From Iphione sp. A-MEVVRFRX5 (Eukaryota), in assembly GCA_976226885.1 (NCBI GenBank), contig OZ320319.1, forward strand, positions 33,666,001 to 33,730,000: a stretch of 64,000 nt of DNA. The letters are read 5' to 3'. Below are positions 43,244 to 58,978 of the stretch, piece after piece. The translations under genes were made by a program, and so were the position numbers. The notes beneath the pieces were generated by a model, which searched no databases, had not been told where the DNA came from, and saw only the letters and a list, made by a program, of their open reading frames with translations. The first letter of the stretch is position 1; each line of letters begins with the position of its first letter.

Positions 43244-46200
43244 TATGCAGCCAGTGGTGACAACATGCATTGAATATGCATATAAGCAAGTCTGATCATG
43301 GGAGGAAGATATATAACCAGCCACTGTGGGAAAGCTACATATTACACCTATCTCTATGAGACCGAATCAGATGACGAAGACCTAGCAACAAGGAGTGTTG
43401 GCTATTCGTGCATATTAATTACCATCCCAACAAAACTGATAACCCGCCATCATTGTCATCTTCCCTGATGAAGTGTCTTAGTTGATCAGAATCAATGCGG
43501 ACAGAAATTTACCATGCATTTTTCTTAGAAAAATAAACACATTTAAAAAAGGGCTTCTCCTTTCAAAAGAATAGAAACAATTATCTCGATATTCCTAGAA
43601 TAGATCAGACTAAAGATTATATATGCACATAGTAGGGCTCTATATCTGTTTGTCTCTACGTCTTGTTGCGGGAAGTTTGCCCCCTTTGTTCCTCTCTACA
43701 TTTTTTTCCTGATAGCTGACAAGTACGTAATCCTTACGTGTATTTTAAAGATTACAAACACCACTGCAAGTGCCATAGTCCACAGTCCCACACCAGTATT
43801 CTTTTTTTCTAGTGGAAGGTGGTGAGATGAGGATGACGCACCACTCAGTGCTCCTCCATAATCATTCCCCTGTAAGAAAGTTGACCATCAAGAAGCACCT
43901 GATTTATCTAGGGTTAACCGCTCAGCACAGATAAAAGGATAACAAGTGGATCATGTCAGTCTGTAGGCCTGGTATAAAGAAGGAGGAGAAGAAAGAGGAG
44001 GGGCTTCAGAGGGCCCCTGATCCTTCTATGACATTATCACATTATGTAGGAGCTGCCTGGAACACAAGTACATGAACTTGTGCTATTTCTATCATTGTGC
44101 TTTGTTAGTGTTGTAGTTGTTGTATATCCCTCATAATCATCATGCACACGTGGTGTGAACTCTTTCCATGTTTTCGAACCTATTTGAACAATTCTGTTCG
44201 AAACGCTATGCTTTCGATTCCATTGTATAGGTATTTTTTTATTTTTGTAGGCATGTATTCGATAATTGTATCACTACGGATCATTGGCTGTAAACAATTA
44301 ACAAATGAATTGACTCAATTACTTCAGTGGAGTGTAACATTTTCACCGAGGCCATCTCTATGTGACAGAAACGGTGGAGCCCACTATTCTCTTTCCATGC
44401 CTCTCCCTTTACAATACTTACGATTGCTCTTGCAACGTAATTGTAGCCTTTCTGTTTCCATTACAGTCTACCCTCATTATCCGACACTGAGTGGTGGCAT
44501 GCATTTTAGTCAGTTACATGCATTTGGATATTGTTGGTTAGTGAATTATCACATTAAAGTAAAAGTACATGGTGTTAATCTAAATAATGTCCCAATTATG
44601 TCGGTTATGGAGTTGTCCGTTAATGAGGGTAGACTGTATTTGTATCCTGCTCACATATATATGTATGATGATACATAGATTAAAGCCTAAATATAGAAGG
44701 CAAATAACCGCCCAACCACTACGATAATAGTTCACATCTTCACCGTTAAAGTCCATCGTATGTTTGGCTCACCTCATAAGGAAATGCCTTCGCTATCCAC
44801 GCCGGCCTGTAATTTTATAAACACGCGTGTACATGTATGCATATGCAAACTATTTTTATCACATGTAGACAGGAAAGAAAACAGATTCCATGAAACAAAA
44901 TCTGTTTAGCCTTTGCCATCCATCAAAAGCCCAGCGTTCGTGGGTGTTATTGCAGGGTAAAAGAACACCTGCCGACAACCTGAACGGCTTCACTGATCAT
45001 TCCGATGACGTTGCAACGCTGCTGTGCGTTGGCGGAGGGCGAAACAGTGAGCCGGCAAGGAAAGGCACATCTTTAGCCAGTTGTGGGAGGGACATCAAAT
45101 ATGCCATATAACGAGCAGGGAGACAGCGACCGCGTCTTTTCCTTTTCATCACAGGGATGGTTTGAGCTTGGCGGTTTACTGTTTCAAGATAATACCTTCA
45201 TCCGAAATGCATGTCCAAAGAAAGAATAAAAAGGCAGTAGAACCGGGACATATTTTACGATCTGGCATTGTTGTATAAATAAGGAAGAAGAAAACACGTT
45301 CGAAATCGTAGCGTTACACAACACCTCTGTGTTCACCATATTTCGGATTAGGATTTACATCTCAAGAGGACCATTGCATATATAATACGAATTTAGTTCC
45401 CCCACTGCGACTAAGGCGTACGAGGAGGGCCCAGTTGAAATATTTGTGACCTTGAAATATGGGCGATTATATCGACGATTAACTTGAAAGCAACCTGAAA
45501 CCTTCCCCTCTGTAGCACTAGGCTATAACGAAAACCACCTGATAGGGGTTAAATATTAAACGAGTGATACAGAGTGGCATGTATGAATAATTTCTGAACC
45601 TGCAGTCTATAGCTTGAGATCGATAAACAGAAAATACACTGCAAGTAGCCTTTGCGCAGTATATAAGAGATCGCTGAAATCTCTACAATGACATAATGGT
45701 AGTACACTGGTAATATAATGAATAACCAGTAACACAGGATGTCCTGTGATACGCGCATTACCATCTAACAGAAACTCAGCCTGAAGCTATCTCTATTCGA
45801 ATGTGAAGAATATATATTGAGTCTTAGTGACCATTACGCACCCGACAAAGACAGTGACAGAAATTTGCCATTGATGCCCGAGTGCCCTATATCAGAAACT
45901 CACTTGTCGGAAAACCAAACCTATTATATTTGTTTTTCAGACAAAAAATAGACAGTCTCTCAAACCATACAGACAAAGTGGACGCCGTTTTTTGGAAAAG
46001 GGTGCATATCAACTTATTTCGTGCAGTTTACCTGGAATAAGGTAAACACAAATAATCATGATCAAACGCGACTTTGGTGATAGTAAACTATGTCACAATA
46101 CTTGGGGAATTAGGTTATTTGGGGATCATATTGGTAGGGTTGATTCCACGTCTGGATTAAGGGCGGCGAATGACGTTGTAAAGATGATTATGTCAAAATT

Positions 46201-49200
46201 ATGTGTTTAACATAAAGGAGTTTAAGTCAAATGTCGAGAATACCCAACTGGGAGGAAAAACAAGGTACTGAAGATTCTGAAAGGGTGATTATTTTGAAAG
46301 TATCTAAATCTAGACAAGTAAATTTGTTCAGGTATGAATACATGTATATTTATAGTCTCTGCTTTCAACTCTTCTGTAACACGATTTGGTTAGAGAGAGA
46401 TTTGGGGACTACTGTCTCTACTGTCAATAATGAGGATTGGCCTAAATGGAGGATGTCCGTGTTGCTGTACATTTCGTTAGCAAATAATTCAGATCAAGTT
46501 TTACCTGTCTTTACCGTTCTGTCCTTAGCTGTAAAATCATACGTGAGTATGTAAAAATTCCTAATGAGTCGTACGAAAACCTCATGGGAAAACAGTAATA
46601 ATGAGAGCAATGAAGCTTCACAATAAACTCATTCTGCTCGATCTGTAAAAATGAATCCACGTCAAACACTATAATTGGCAAGGATTTCTTCATTACTCAG
46701 TGGAATTGCGCGCTTATTGCTCAGGTAATACATGCAATTAATTATTGCAGATGACCGGACAAGCCACAGAGGTATTACTTAGAGATTGCACCTTTAGGTA
46801 GCTGTTTATGTCACTCGTAGCCTCGCCCCGAAAGCTATCGGACGTACATTGAAATAGCCACCTCCCACCAAACAATATGTTTGAAATAATCAGAGTGTCA
46901 CATAGCTTATGGGTTATTACGTGATATGCTTGACAAAAACCTACAATATTCAGAGAACGTATTGCTTTGTTCATCAATTAAATTATTTGGATTTGATGAT
47001 TTGTATGTCATCAGAAACGTGTATGTCGAGTAACATTACACGATAATATCCCTTTTTTGTAAAATCAAGCGCTTCAGTGGCCTGGTTACAAAATTAATAA
47101 TATTTGAATGATTTAATAGTTACCCTCAAGAATACTTTTCTACTGATTCAGCTCAACCGGCAGGCACTTTTTAGAATATGCTAGTAGTCTGAAATTAGTG
47201 TAATGACAATAATGATGCTATGAGGAAAAGGAGGTGTATTTTTCATAAACAGATGACCAGACAATAACCAATATGTATAACTTCATTATAATGACCAGTA
47301 ATGATAGAAAAATAATGACCAGTCTTCATTGGTGCAGTTTTCTTGCTCTGCAGACACAGCAGTGGATGGCAGCCATAAAACTGTTTTTCATAAACAGTTT
47401 TTGATAGTCCTCTATTGCAGGCCTATGATCGATAGATTTCTACAAATTTCTTCACTTTACCATTGTCTCTTTAGTATATGGTCTGATTCTGAATGATGAC
47501 CAACAGTATTTTTGCAAAGATTTAGAATTCGACCATTGCAGTTAACTAAACTAAAGCATAGCACTCACAATTTCCTGCAAACATAATTAACATATGTTCA
47601 TAGCATTTCAAGTATCAGATAAGTTATGTGACTTCATCATGATTTGAGGCTTATTGCTGACGATATCAACGTTGCTTAGTTGAAAACCTATACGTACATT
47701 GGTTTTCTTATACTTTAATTTATCCTGTGCATGGTGTCCAGATGAGCTTCTTGTGTTGGATATCTCGATAAGATTTTATGAATAAGTTATCATATATTCT
47801 TTGTCAATGATGAAAAGGCGTTTGTTGGTTCATTCTATGATTCATACGGAATGGAAGAATTTAATCCCGCCGCCTTCGGCAAACATGCTTGCCAGTTTAA
47901 CTTTTGCCAGTTGTGTGTCAACTAGGTGATGAGTATTGACTGCAACGTTTGGTTCACCAATTCCATCTATAAATAAAGCGAGATAAGGTCTTGAAATTGA
48001 TGCTTCTCTAGCTGTGTGTTACCGAAGACTCCTCAAAAATCACACTGTATACATCAAATTCATATGTGATTGACACGGTCGACATATGGCAGACTAAATC
48101 AGAAGAAACCTGTAAGTATAATCATTGTGCGAGACCTTGTGCCCTAAAGGTTAAAGTGACAAGGCAGTCATGGGCTATTGTGGGTGAGAAAGGTGAGAAT
48201 CGCGAGTGTATACGATTCAGGTTCGAACATCCACCAGGGAAAGGCAGAACAACATAGAGAAACGAAGCGCGGTGATTTCAATGATACGATGAACTGCACT
48301 TAGAATGCCACACGGTGTATAATATACTAGTATGCAATATTTTCACAAACCTTTCCACATAGAGACAAAAAGAATTCAAAATGGCCGCCATGCTTTGGAC
48401 GGGAACATCGCATACTGCCAGCGAGACATCCAGATATTCAAGAACTTTCATGAAGCCAAAACATTTGTGTAATTTACGCTATAAGAAAGATGACGCTAAC
48501 AGACAGAAATGGTCTGACAACCCCTCGCACCTACATTCATTATAATCAGACAGAATATATATAACTTCTAAAATGAAAATTAAAAAAAAACGAACATCTT
48601 CGTCTTAGCTTCTTCTACAGGGAAGGTATACGAAGTACCTGATCATTATTCGGTCATATTTTGGGAGTATGATGTTTTTTTTGGCGGGGGGAAGGCAATC
48701 CTGGCAGTGAAGTAATGAAATTAGTTTATACTTTTTAAGCACTACTAACTGGAAAGTAAGTTGCAGGTTCCCTGAATTTTTTCCTACTATATTTATGAAA
48801 TACTCAAGGCTCTGCAGGCAGGAGGCGCACCTTACTCTCGTACGGTGGCTCGTCACTGACTACTGCTCCAGGGTTATTATAACACCAAGCCCCTCACAAC
48901 CAAAGGGCACGTCGGGAGGAACTCAGCCTTAGCAGCCTCTTTCTCAGGTTCTAATCACCAGATTGGTAACCAAGCCTAACTAATTCTAAGCGAACATGTC
49001 CGACAGGATGTTTAAATAAAAACGTCCTGAAGGTTTCCCTTTTGGCTCGTGGAAGTAATCTTTTACTCACAAATAATGTATTCGAGTGATGTTCGAAATG
49101 CAAAAAAGAGAGAACTATTGTTCTATTCATACTTGCACCATCATGTAAAGCATAGTCATGAATCGGTTAATTTCTAGAATGAATAGAATTAGTATGACTG

Positions 49201-52200
49201 ACAGGACCATCAGGGGTACTGCGGGGGACAGATGCAGCAAGATATCCCTGACCTGGTAGAGGCTTGCTTTTCTGAAGTATTTTGGTACCCAGCATGCATG
49301 TCACGCATTCGGATTCTAGCTCCGAGCCCGCAAGCTGTGACAACAAGCTTTAGGCCCCTCGTTGTTGTCACGGACCAGTGGGGCCGAAAAAAACTGGCTA
49401 TTCTTAGGGCTAAAATCCATCAACTGGATGCGACTTCCGTGCGGAGTGACGTGTAGCGGATGATGCATCGGCAGTAGCTTCAGCCATGTGATTGGTTGTG
49501 TATCCTCCTACAAGCGAGGCGGGCAAATCGAGGATGGGCCAGTTGAGAGCTCCTCTCATTGGCTATAGTGTGCTTGACATCACTAGAAAGATCCATTAGT
49601 CATCAGCCAGAAGTTAGTGTCGGGTTCCCTCGTGGGCAAACTGACTATATTAAATGAGCCATTTGTAGAGGGCAAACTCAGACATGTAGACGTTTAAGCT
49701 AAATATTCGTTGGTAGGCCAATTTAACAACAACCGTAGGCTTGGTCCGAAGGGCTAGTCTATGGCACTTCTCAGGAATAACATGACCCTGTTATCGGGGA
49801 TTGATGAATGAAAATTAGCTGGCTATGTCACGTACCTGGTTCAATTTTACTTTTTCAACCATGAGCACCTTTTTAGAAACACATGAACATTGAACAATGT
49901 TTGATCACCTCCACAAAATGATTATAATCGGGCGAAAATTGTGGACCGATTGACAAAAGGTTGATAAGTGCTCAGTGGATCTTCGCATTGACCTCAAACC
50001 CCCTACATGAAGTTTGTATATCAAACCCCAAAATAAGATGTACTTTACAAGTAAACAGCACCACTTTGCAGGGAACTGGGCACACCAGCTGCTGTGCAGT
50101 GGGTACCACCTTTGAGAGCGATACAGGAAGCATCGCATGCCGAACTGAGCTGTAAGCAATCATCAGCAAACGACCCCTATCGCTGTCCATCAGGTGTTTC
50201 TCTACCGCCTAAAATCGCGTAGGCGATCGATCTAGTTAAGCCGATCTATGGAGTCGGGATAAATTGGTTAGCTGCATGAATTAGACGTATGAGTTGTATC
50301 ATATATTCGACAAGGATCCGGGCATGTCTGCCTAAAGGGCCAGGCAGGCTTACTTCCTGCACTGAACTGCAGGGCACTCTTGGCTTCTTGTTCCCCTCTT
50401 GGAGGAGGATTTATGTATTCTCCGCGACATGATAACGACCCTCATTCGACAGGGAACTTACACCACTTCTATAGCACTCCAGACCTCACCGCCACAAACA
50501 TCACGTGACAAAGAATCCTTCGCACCAACGTGAGACCAATATCAAAAAGCTGTGGCGTTTTGATCACGTGGTACCGTTGGGCATTGCCACCGCCTGTCCT
50601 CCCACCTACGTACAACTGACCCATTCCTCATGGTCTCATTTGCACGACTATAGTCAGTGTATAAGATTTGATTATCAACAGTTCCGGCCAACAGCAAGTC
50701 TTAGCATAGGGTAGGAAAAAGCAGCAGACATATTCAAATCTGCCCCTGCACGCTCGGCCCCGAAAACAATAAGTAGGGAGGATCCACGTGAAATTATAGA
50801 TACCAGTCATCGATAAATATTAATATACATTTGATGGATTCATTACGAGCATATACAATATTTAAAAAATGTCCGATACGCAATATATGTACTCAAACTG
50901 GGAAGATATGGCTAGAATTATACTGGTCTATCAGGGCACTAATGAGTTGTGAGTGCGGGGCAGTGGTGAAAGGTTCTATCGACTTCAAGGCGGAGCCTTC
51001 ACTAACTAGACAGTCTAGACTGGCACCTTGTCAACACGGGAAGGACGCCGTAGGCCCGGAACCTACCGTGACGACCGTCCTCCACAGAGAACCCCGAGTG
51101 TCACCGGAAGCCAGCTTATTGGAGCACCCCGTACGCATGTTCGGCAATTGGAGACCGCTGGGAAAGAAAAAAAGAGAAATCTTCCTTTTCAAGACCCAGG
51201 CTTTCATTGCCAGAAAGTTCTTTCACACGTTGAAAGGTAGGAACTCAGTTCCTGCCCAAAATCATCTTCACAGCAAATAAGCCACCTAGGTGAAAGTTGC
51301 TTGGGACAGAGACATTTTTTAACCAAGAAATTTGTTATCTTTCAGTAAGAAATGCCTCACTCAGCAAAGTTAAAGCTTAAATACATGCTGACTCTGGACA
51401 AGCAGTTTAATATAAAGGCAGAAAGACAAACGAGATTTGTGAGATCATATTTCGTGTAATTTGTTAACGAAAGCTACATTATTTAAGACAACAAAAATGC
51501 ATAGAGTGAGGATAGCAGGATCCAATAACATGATGTGTAAACCAAGGACCAGCCTGAGACAATCGTTCTGCTTATGTTGGCTTGAGTATGACGTCCACCG
51601 TTTCTATTCAAAATATAGGAAATAGATTATGCCCCAATACGTAAGAAAGGAGCTACAATCCGTGAAATGTTTGATTACGTACATCTCTCGGCATGTGCCG
51701 GGTAAATGAACCTGAAGAAAAACAGCACGGCTCATATTTTGGTCGACGGCGGATAAATATAGAAAGAGGGAACATTATCAGACTCCTACGTAGCATGAAT
51801 ACTAATCCTTTAATGGACATCCATTTCAGTCCTTTACAGGGGGTGTCCTATATTGAGTTGGCTACCTCATTCTGTTATCTCACCTGCCTAACCATCTACT
51901 ATGATTGGATCGGCTCTCTGGGTGAAACAACAACAATTTTTTTTTCATTTAACAGGTTAGATTTGAAATTAACAGGGCACGTCAATTAGATCCGAGAGAT
52001 CATTTGGAAAAGGTGGCCATAAATGATCTAGTTACCATCAACCTGTCATTAGCCCCTCCTTTGAAAAGCACGCGAAAGGTCAGGCGATGTCCTGAAAATA
52101 AACCTCCGCCAAGACCACAGCGAAAGTAGCGCTGCTAAAATTTATTGCCTAGACATTCCTGGGAGTGTCGTTATCACATGCGCACAGATGTTATCAACCA

Positions 52201-55200
52201 CAGCCAGAGAACCGAACGTAAGCCTGAAAGGTATCTGTAGAGTCGTGTTGTGCCAGGATAATTAATTCAATACCAGGTGCAATATTGGTATTCACCGGTT
52301 TCAATGCATTTTCAAGTATTGAAATACCAATCGTTGAGGTAAGTGAATTGTCGTGTGAGCGAATTCGTGGCTATCGACCATTAAGTACAATTCTTACCCT
52401 CGTGCTGGAGGGCCTCGGTTGGCGTTTTTCGATTACATTTGTTCGGGGCTCACATGAAGGCAACACAATTACCTGAAAGGTAAATGAACCAAACGGCGCA
52501 GTTATTTCTCAATCAGTCCTAATCTTCATTCTATTTTGAGACGTGACGTAAATTCTAAAGGGACCCTGGTTTCTTTTAGTAACTGTCAATAGGGGTAAAA
52601 CAACTAAGGAACCACCGCAAAAAGGTTGAAAATAAGAATGATAAAAATGAATGTTCTTGTAGTGTTGCACACAAAGTAAGAGATAATTGGTGTTTCATTT
52701 CAGCAACAGAGTAAATTTATCGGCGACTTCAACAGACTGCCCTATCGATTGCCAAAAGGCAGGAGCATTAATACGACATCGTGAATCGAGTCCTAGAGAG
52801 CATTACAGATGATTGCGCTTCACTTCATTCCAAAATGCACATTGTAATCTAAATTTCTTCGCGAGTTCATACACCTCAAAATTTCACAGTTAAGATAATG
52901 CAGGTTTAGCACGATTCATCGAATTTCGTTTGTGCTTAAAATGAGAGAACCCAAATGTCCATGTCTCAAATTCAAATTTGGACGTTTAGTTCATGCAAAT
53001 ACCTGCTCTGTAATGTGAAAGCTATCTTCTTTTTATGCATGTGAAGCTTTCGGTTAACTCACATCTTTTTACTGAAGATATCTCCTTTCAAAATGTACCT
53101 CACTTTTCACAGGTGGGCATTATTGTTTAGTTTTCTGATTAAATTGATAACATTGTTTATCACATCGGAAGAACCGGATTAATTGAACAACCTACAGTTC
53201 AGGCCTATGAGAAAACCTTAGTCACTCACAAAGTACATTGATTTGCAGCAGTGCATCTCGCCCCATAAATTCATCTTGGGACAAATTTTGCTGATCTAGG
53301 CATTACGAAACTGCTTAACAACAATGCATCATAATTGATACTGTCTAGTGATTTTAAATGGTTGTATCTTTGCAGGCACAAATCTGTTTACCACCTAAAA
53401 ACTGATCCTGGATAATATGACTTTTTCGCTTGTATGAAAAGAATTACCTCCCAATAAACCAATGAAGAAATGAATCTTCTGTATGTGAAGGTGTGACAGA
53501 GAAACCAGTAAATAGGTGGCGAAAGATATTCTCCATGCAATGCACCATATCATTGCTATTCAACAGGCGTATTTAGAATATGATAGCCGAAGGAAACGAA
53601 GCTATACACTATCGGAAGCACCGTTAAGTCCTTTGACAGTTATGTAATTACTAATATACATTCGGGCTACTAATTTGTCTTCAAATACTGCGAATTTCAG
53701 CGTCACTTCACCTGGAAATCCTAAATATTTCAAATTTAAACTTTACAATCTCATTTGTGGGACTTTTGATCTGCCCCAAGGAGGAAATTTGACTCCAGAA
53801 CCTTGGGGCCATGGAATCCAATCATCCTTTCACACCATTGACTGAGTAAGCGTTTTGCTTTTTCGCAAGAAAATAATTAAAATAAGGAATTGACTACATT
53901 TTTGTTCTCATCACTGTCTTCGCAGCAGTGTAGACACAGGTTTTAACGTTTTAACATAAATCATTAAAATATGAGAGATTTTCGCCGAAAATGAGACCAA
54001 CACGGTAATTGTATTAAAAGTAATAAAGTTGAACATTTACATTGATTCGTTCGTTAGTCATTAAATCATGTGATGTTTATGACTGTATCTAACTTTCATC
54101 AGTGAGACTTTGCCTATAGTAGTCCTTTAAGGACCCAGACTGTTCATACTATACATACGTTACCCTAATGGGTCCTAATTCTTCCTTTACTGTGCTTGGC
54201 TTATTTGACCCTCCCATATTTGTTTCCCTTTCTCGTTCGATTCTCCATGAAAACCTCTGTAAGTAATATAGAGATATTAGAATAAAATACATGGAATTCA
54301 ATTCAGTTCAAAGTAGTGCAGCCTATATCCCCCAAAATACCATCGTATAAAAACTAGACTCCTGGCATCGAATACCACAAAATGAGAGCACCCTGCTTTT
54401 ACATGGAAGCCAAAAATATCATATATAAGTGCCTGGGGCTATAGCGGCAATAGCGGCCAAATGTGATGTGACAGGGAAGGGGGTTTAAAACTGAATGGCG
54501 AACGGGAGACAACAGCGTCAGCTAACAGGGGCTTTTGGCATCTGGCGCTAGCAGAGGCGTCTGGGTGTTAGGCTTAGCCACGAGCTCAGACCCCGCGGGC
54601 CGTTGACAGGTTCACAGTCAGGGCTGATTTTCACTAACACCTCCCAGCCATCGGCAGATGCCAGAGGTCGAGCGGCTTAATAGCAAAGCGTCGTCCAACG
54701 CCACTGAAGCCACGCTGGTCCGATCACGGGGCTGCCTGATGTCGGTTCAAAAAAGTCCGGACTAACGTCCGGAGCCATTGTGTCCCCAGCTTCAGGCCCG
54801 CCAAGCTCTGTACTCCCATCGCCCTCTCCCCGGGCCTCGATGCTTCAGGCTATTTCGTGGGCGTAGTGGATGGCCAGAGGACTCGGCCCATAATGGTGTC
54901 CTCTGATAGTGTGTCGGGTTATTTGGGAGATAACAGCATGCATGGAAATCCTATTTTTTTTTCTTGACGGCCTCAGTGTCTCCCGCAGTCAAAGCCTGTG
55001 ATTGGCACTGATACATGATTACCCACCTGTAACCATGGTTTGGTAACTGCATGGACTAGTACAAAACTGGTGTAACGGATTAAGGCCTTCCTTGAGGAAA
55101 TATGTTGGTAGTTTTTTTAATGTGGACTGTACTATATTAATTGGTAGTGTAAGTCAGAACCTTGAGAAGCGCTTTCAATAACATAAGTGTACAATAGCTT

Positions 55201-58200
55201 AGATAGGATTAAACCTGTTGAATCAGTAAATTCTGTATTCACTGATGATGCAAATCATTGGTGCATCGGATTAGGAATTGAGAATTGGGAATTGGGAATA
55301 ATCAACTATATATAAACCCAGTTAGCCTAATCCTATCCATCTTTCTCCGCTTACATGTCATTTTTTGCTCAGTCTCTTCTATTGTTCTAATTGTACTTAT
55401 TACTTTAAAATTTTATCTACACAATATTTCATCCTTTATTATATTCATATCTACTATACAATTTTTGATAGTCTATAAAGATATAAATGAACCTATTTGA
55501 TATATAATTAAATGTTTGCAGATGGGACCTACGCTGCACTTTTCATATGTAATGAAGATAATAGAATGCATTCTGTTATGAAAATGCTGGTATATGGACC
55601 TCATCCAATGTTACAGTTCCATTACAGTTCGGTTACATTATGGTTGCTAGCTAATTTCAAATAAAGGTCTGGAAAGCTGTCATGAAGTAGATCGTAACAC
55701 GACAAGAGATGTTTTAAGTTTGAACCGGTGAACCATTCTTGTCTGCCAAGTGTAGCTCATCACATCTTAAGGTTTGTTTATCCAGACATCCTAACTGAAT
55801 CGAAATTCTGCTAGAGAAAACTCCCAGGTACATATGCTCATTTATATTTGAATGGTTGTTCAAAGAAAGAAAATCTCCTAGATTTGTCTATTCAAACACA
55901 GGCAACAGATATCATATCACGATGGCGACCATTATGTGAAGGCCGATGAGGACCATATATTTGTCTCTGTGAAGCCACCGTCAGCACTAGCTTTTTTCGT
56001 CAATGACAGGTAAGTGGGGTTTAGAGATAGTTAACCTACTCATTTGTCGGCGTGATTCCTCAGCTTGCGTTAGTGATGTTGGTGATGACCATAACGACAG
56101 GTGAGGAAAGTGAACTTCTTCCTGAAGTCTTTTAGGCCTGGTTTCAGTTCCCTTTGAGGTAAACCGTGGCATCTTATGTCAACAATCGACCCGTCAGTGT
56201 ACGTAATGGGGAGCTTCTTCTCGGCTAAGTGTACATTCCTCTTTTCTGTTCGTTGACCTTTGGCAACAATTCCTTCGTGGTTTTGCCTATATAAGAGGTT
56301 AGCTGTCATCTCTAGCGGACAATGCAGGTGTTCCCCCGTGGCTTGCTATTTGCAGCCATCTTAGACAAGGTGTCTATAAATACACGGGTGCTGCGTGCTC
56401 TGACTAACCACCACAACAAATAACACGGCAAAAAATCAACATGGACTGTCCCTGGAAGGTAAATGGCCATATGCTGAATATTTGCTGCCAGTTGCCGCAA
56501 AAGTGAAGCCAAGAATGGACAAATTAATTTGAGAAACAAGCCAGAAGCCATATTTCATGTGGTAGTGGGAGATGTGTGAGGATTACTACCAGCTGGCGTT
56601 TTGGGTGAAAGACAATAACACTGACACTTCGTCATCATTGTCAGTTTTCTATGTCTGTCGAGCGCAGAATATTCTGATGAAGCTCTGTATTTATTGTTGA
56701 TATGGGAGAATGTGGACTCACTCGATGGCAACCACGTCCTATGTCTTTGATAATAGCTCAGGATACGAAACTGGAAGTCCATTTCGTCTATATAACAACC
56801 AGTGAGAATCAGACCAGGAACGGGAAAATCGTTTTCGGAAGTGTATACAGAATGTACAGAAACGACGTCTTATGAACATAATAAGAACTTAAGGATAAAT
56901 GTTGTCTAAAGAGAGATATATCACCCTGCGGTGTCCTTGTCATTGGGCATAATCTTTTTCATGATGGGTGGAATGTCTGTCCGAATCGATAGATGCGCTT
57001 CATGTTGGGCGTCTGCAGGCATAGGAGCAAGGTCGCAGAATTCCTGGGCTCCCCGCCTTGTCGGAGAACACCTTATTCCCTTTTATCAAATATATCTATT
57101 CTCTACCTGTGCGACCAGGGTTGAAAGGTCTGGCAGCAATATAGAAGGCGCCGCCGTCTCTGACCTGAAATCACTGCATGAAAGATTAACACGTGTCAGC
57201 CTGCCAGGGGCTATAATATTGTGTAACTAGCCGCGGATCCAACGCAAGTCATCACTAGCTTGATTTGTAATGAGGACTGAGACATTCTTAATTGCATCCG
57301 TCGTAACGTGTTACATCTAGAGATGAAACCAGCTAGTGATAAAGACAATTTGGAGATACAGCTCGCGTATACAGCCGGCATACAGATCGTCTCAGCTAGA
57401 ATTACAGTAGACATTTGTAGATAATGCCTCTTAAATCGCATCATGTTGAGAGTAATTTAGAGTGATGATCAAACACTGTAGGGGGCCTACATTTAATACA
57501 TTCCAAAATAATAGTTACCTGAACGTGTGCAAGTTTTGAGCAAAGTATAGTATCATTTGACAAAAGATGCTAGCAAGAGAAAATCAATCGCAACGCTCAG
57601 CTGTAACGTTGAACAAGGCACGGCCAATCAATAGCTTTGAGTCCGTGTCTTTGATCACGCGCTCATAATTCCTGTGATATAAAGAGCACGGCAAGACTGC
57701 AAATTCAAGAGGAATGACGCTTCATGAAAATATGCGATGGTGCTCTCATTACTCAGTATTCAGTTCCACTTCTTGGACTGCCGACTATTCCGTACTCATA
57801 ATTTTTTGCTTCCTTTTCAATATTTCGTAGCTTCGCCTTCGCTTGTAAGAAGTAATTTGGAATATAACCCGCAAGATACGTATACATCATTTGGGAATTA
57901 CCTATTAAATATGAATGCGTGGAAGACGGCTAGAGTTTCTGCAGCCTGAACTCACCCTGCCTCTAGGATCTCTATTGGTCTAATTAAAATATTATCGCAC
58001 AGTGTCTTTAAAGGAGACGCTGCTCGTCTAGACAGCTTCATTTGTGTCAAGAAAAAAATACTGATTTTTCTCGCAACAGTGATTCCCGTTGACTAAGCAA
58101 TGCCACCCTCTGGGGTATTTCTCTACTCCCAGTGTCGGCGGAAGGGAGAGAAAGTGAGAGGGCGTGTCTACCACGCGGGTGCCGGGAGATTGCGCCCTTC

Positions 58201-58803
58201 GGCAAATACTAACTCAGACAGGCGCTCGGGGCGCCCGGCGGCGCGATCCGACGTGCTCCCCGCCCGATGGTTGCAGGCAGCAACGACTCTGGAGGGCGCT
58301 GAACGCCAGGTTATCAGAAGCAAGGAAGTGGACCTCGTCTGTGAAAGGAAATTCTCAACTGCTACGCCGATGGTGCGCGCCATCGGCGCATTCGGTGCTT
58401 CGTTCTTTCTTCTATTGACGCCGGTGAGGATCATCTCTATAGATTACAGTGCTAGGGGTACTTGTACGTTGACCTCCTCCCCAATGATCATATTCTCATG
58501 TGTTGATATTCTATGCTTGGCCAGAAATAAAGCACACATCCCAGGCGAATCAATCACCATTGATCATTTTTTCCGATATCTTCTTTATATCCAATTACAC
58601 ATGGATTATATTGAGTAAAACAAAGTAAAGCTTTTATTTAGGTTTTATTTACCAGCCAGTCTCATTTGTTGCTTTCATTCCAATTCCTTTAAGGGAGTGT
58701 TTCGTTTTGTAACCACAAATGCACACCGTTTATAAAATAAACCTTTGGAATAAATGATTCTCAAAAAGAAAATGAGGTTTTAGATTTACTTAACAGAGCA
58801 TAG

Positions 58804-58978
58804 NNNNNNNNNNNNNNNNNNNNNNNNNNNNNNNNNNNNNNNNNNNNNNNNNNNNNNNNNNNNNNNNNNNNNNNNNNNNNNNNNNNNNNNNNNNNNNNNN
58901 NNNNNNNNNNNNNNNNNNNNNNNNNNNNNNNNNNNNNNNNNNNNNNNNNNNNNNNNNNNNNNNNNNNNNNNNNNNNNN
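58804..58978. other. Assembly gap (175 N)
   Basis: Run of N characters. Confidence 1.

Noticed and set aside
44142-44678. 178-aa ORF in the right host flank
   Set aside because: AT-rich, no domain signal; consistent with a chance ORF.
58100-58618. 172-aa ORF in a GC-rich island
   Set aside because: No recognisable motif; open frames are expected in GC-rich DNA.
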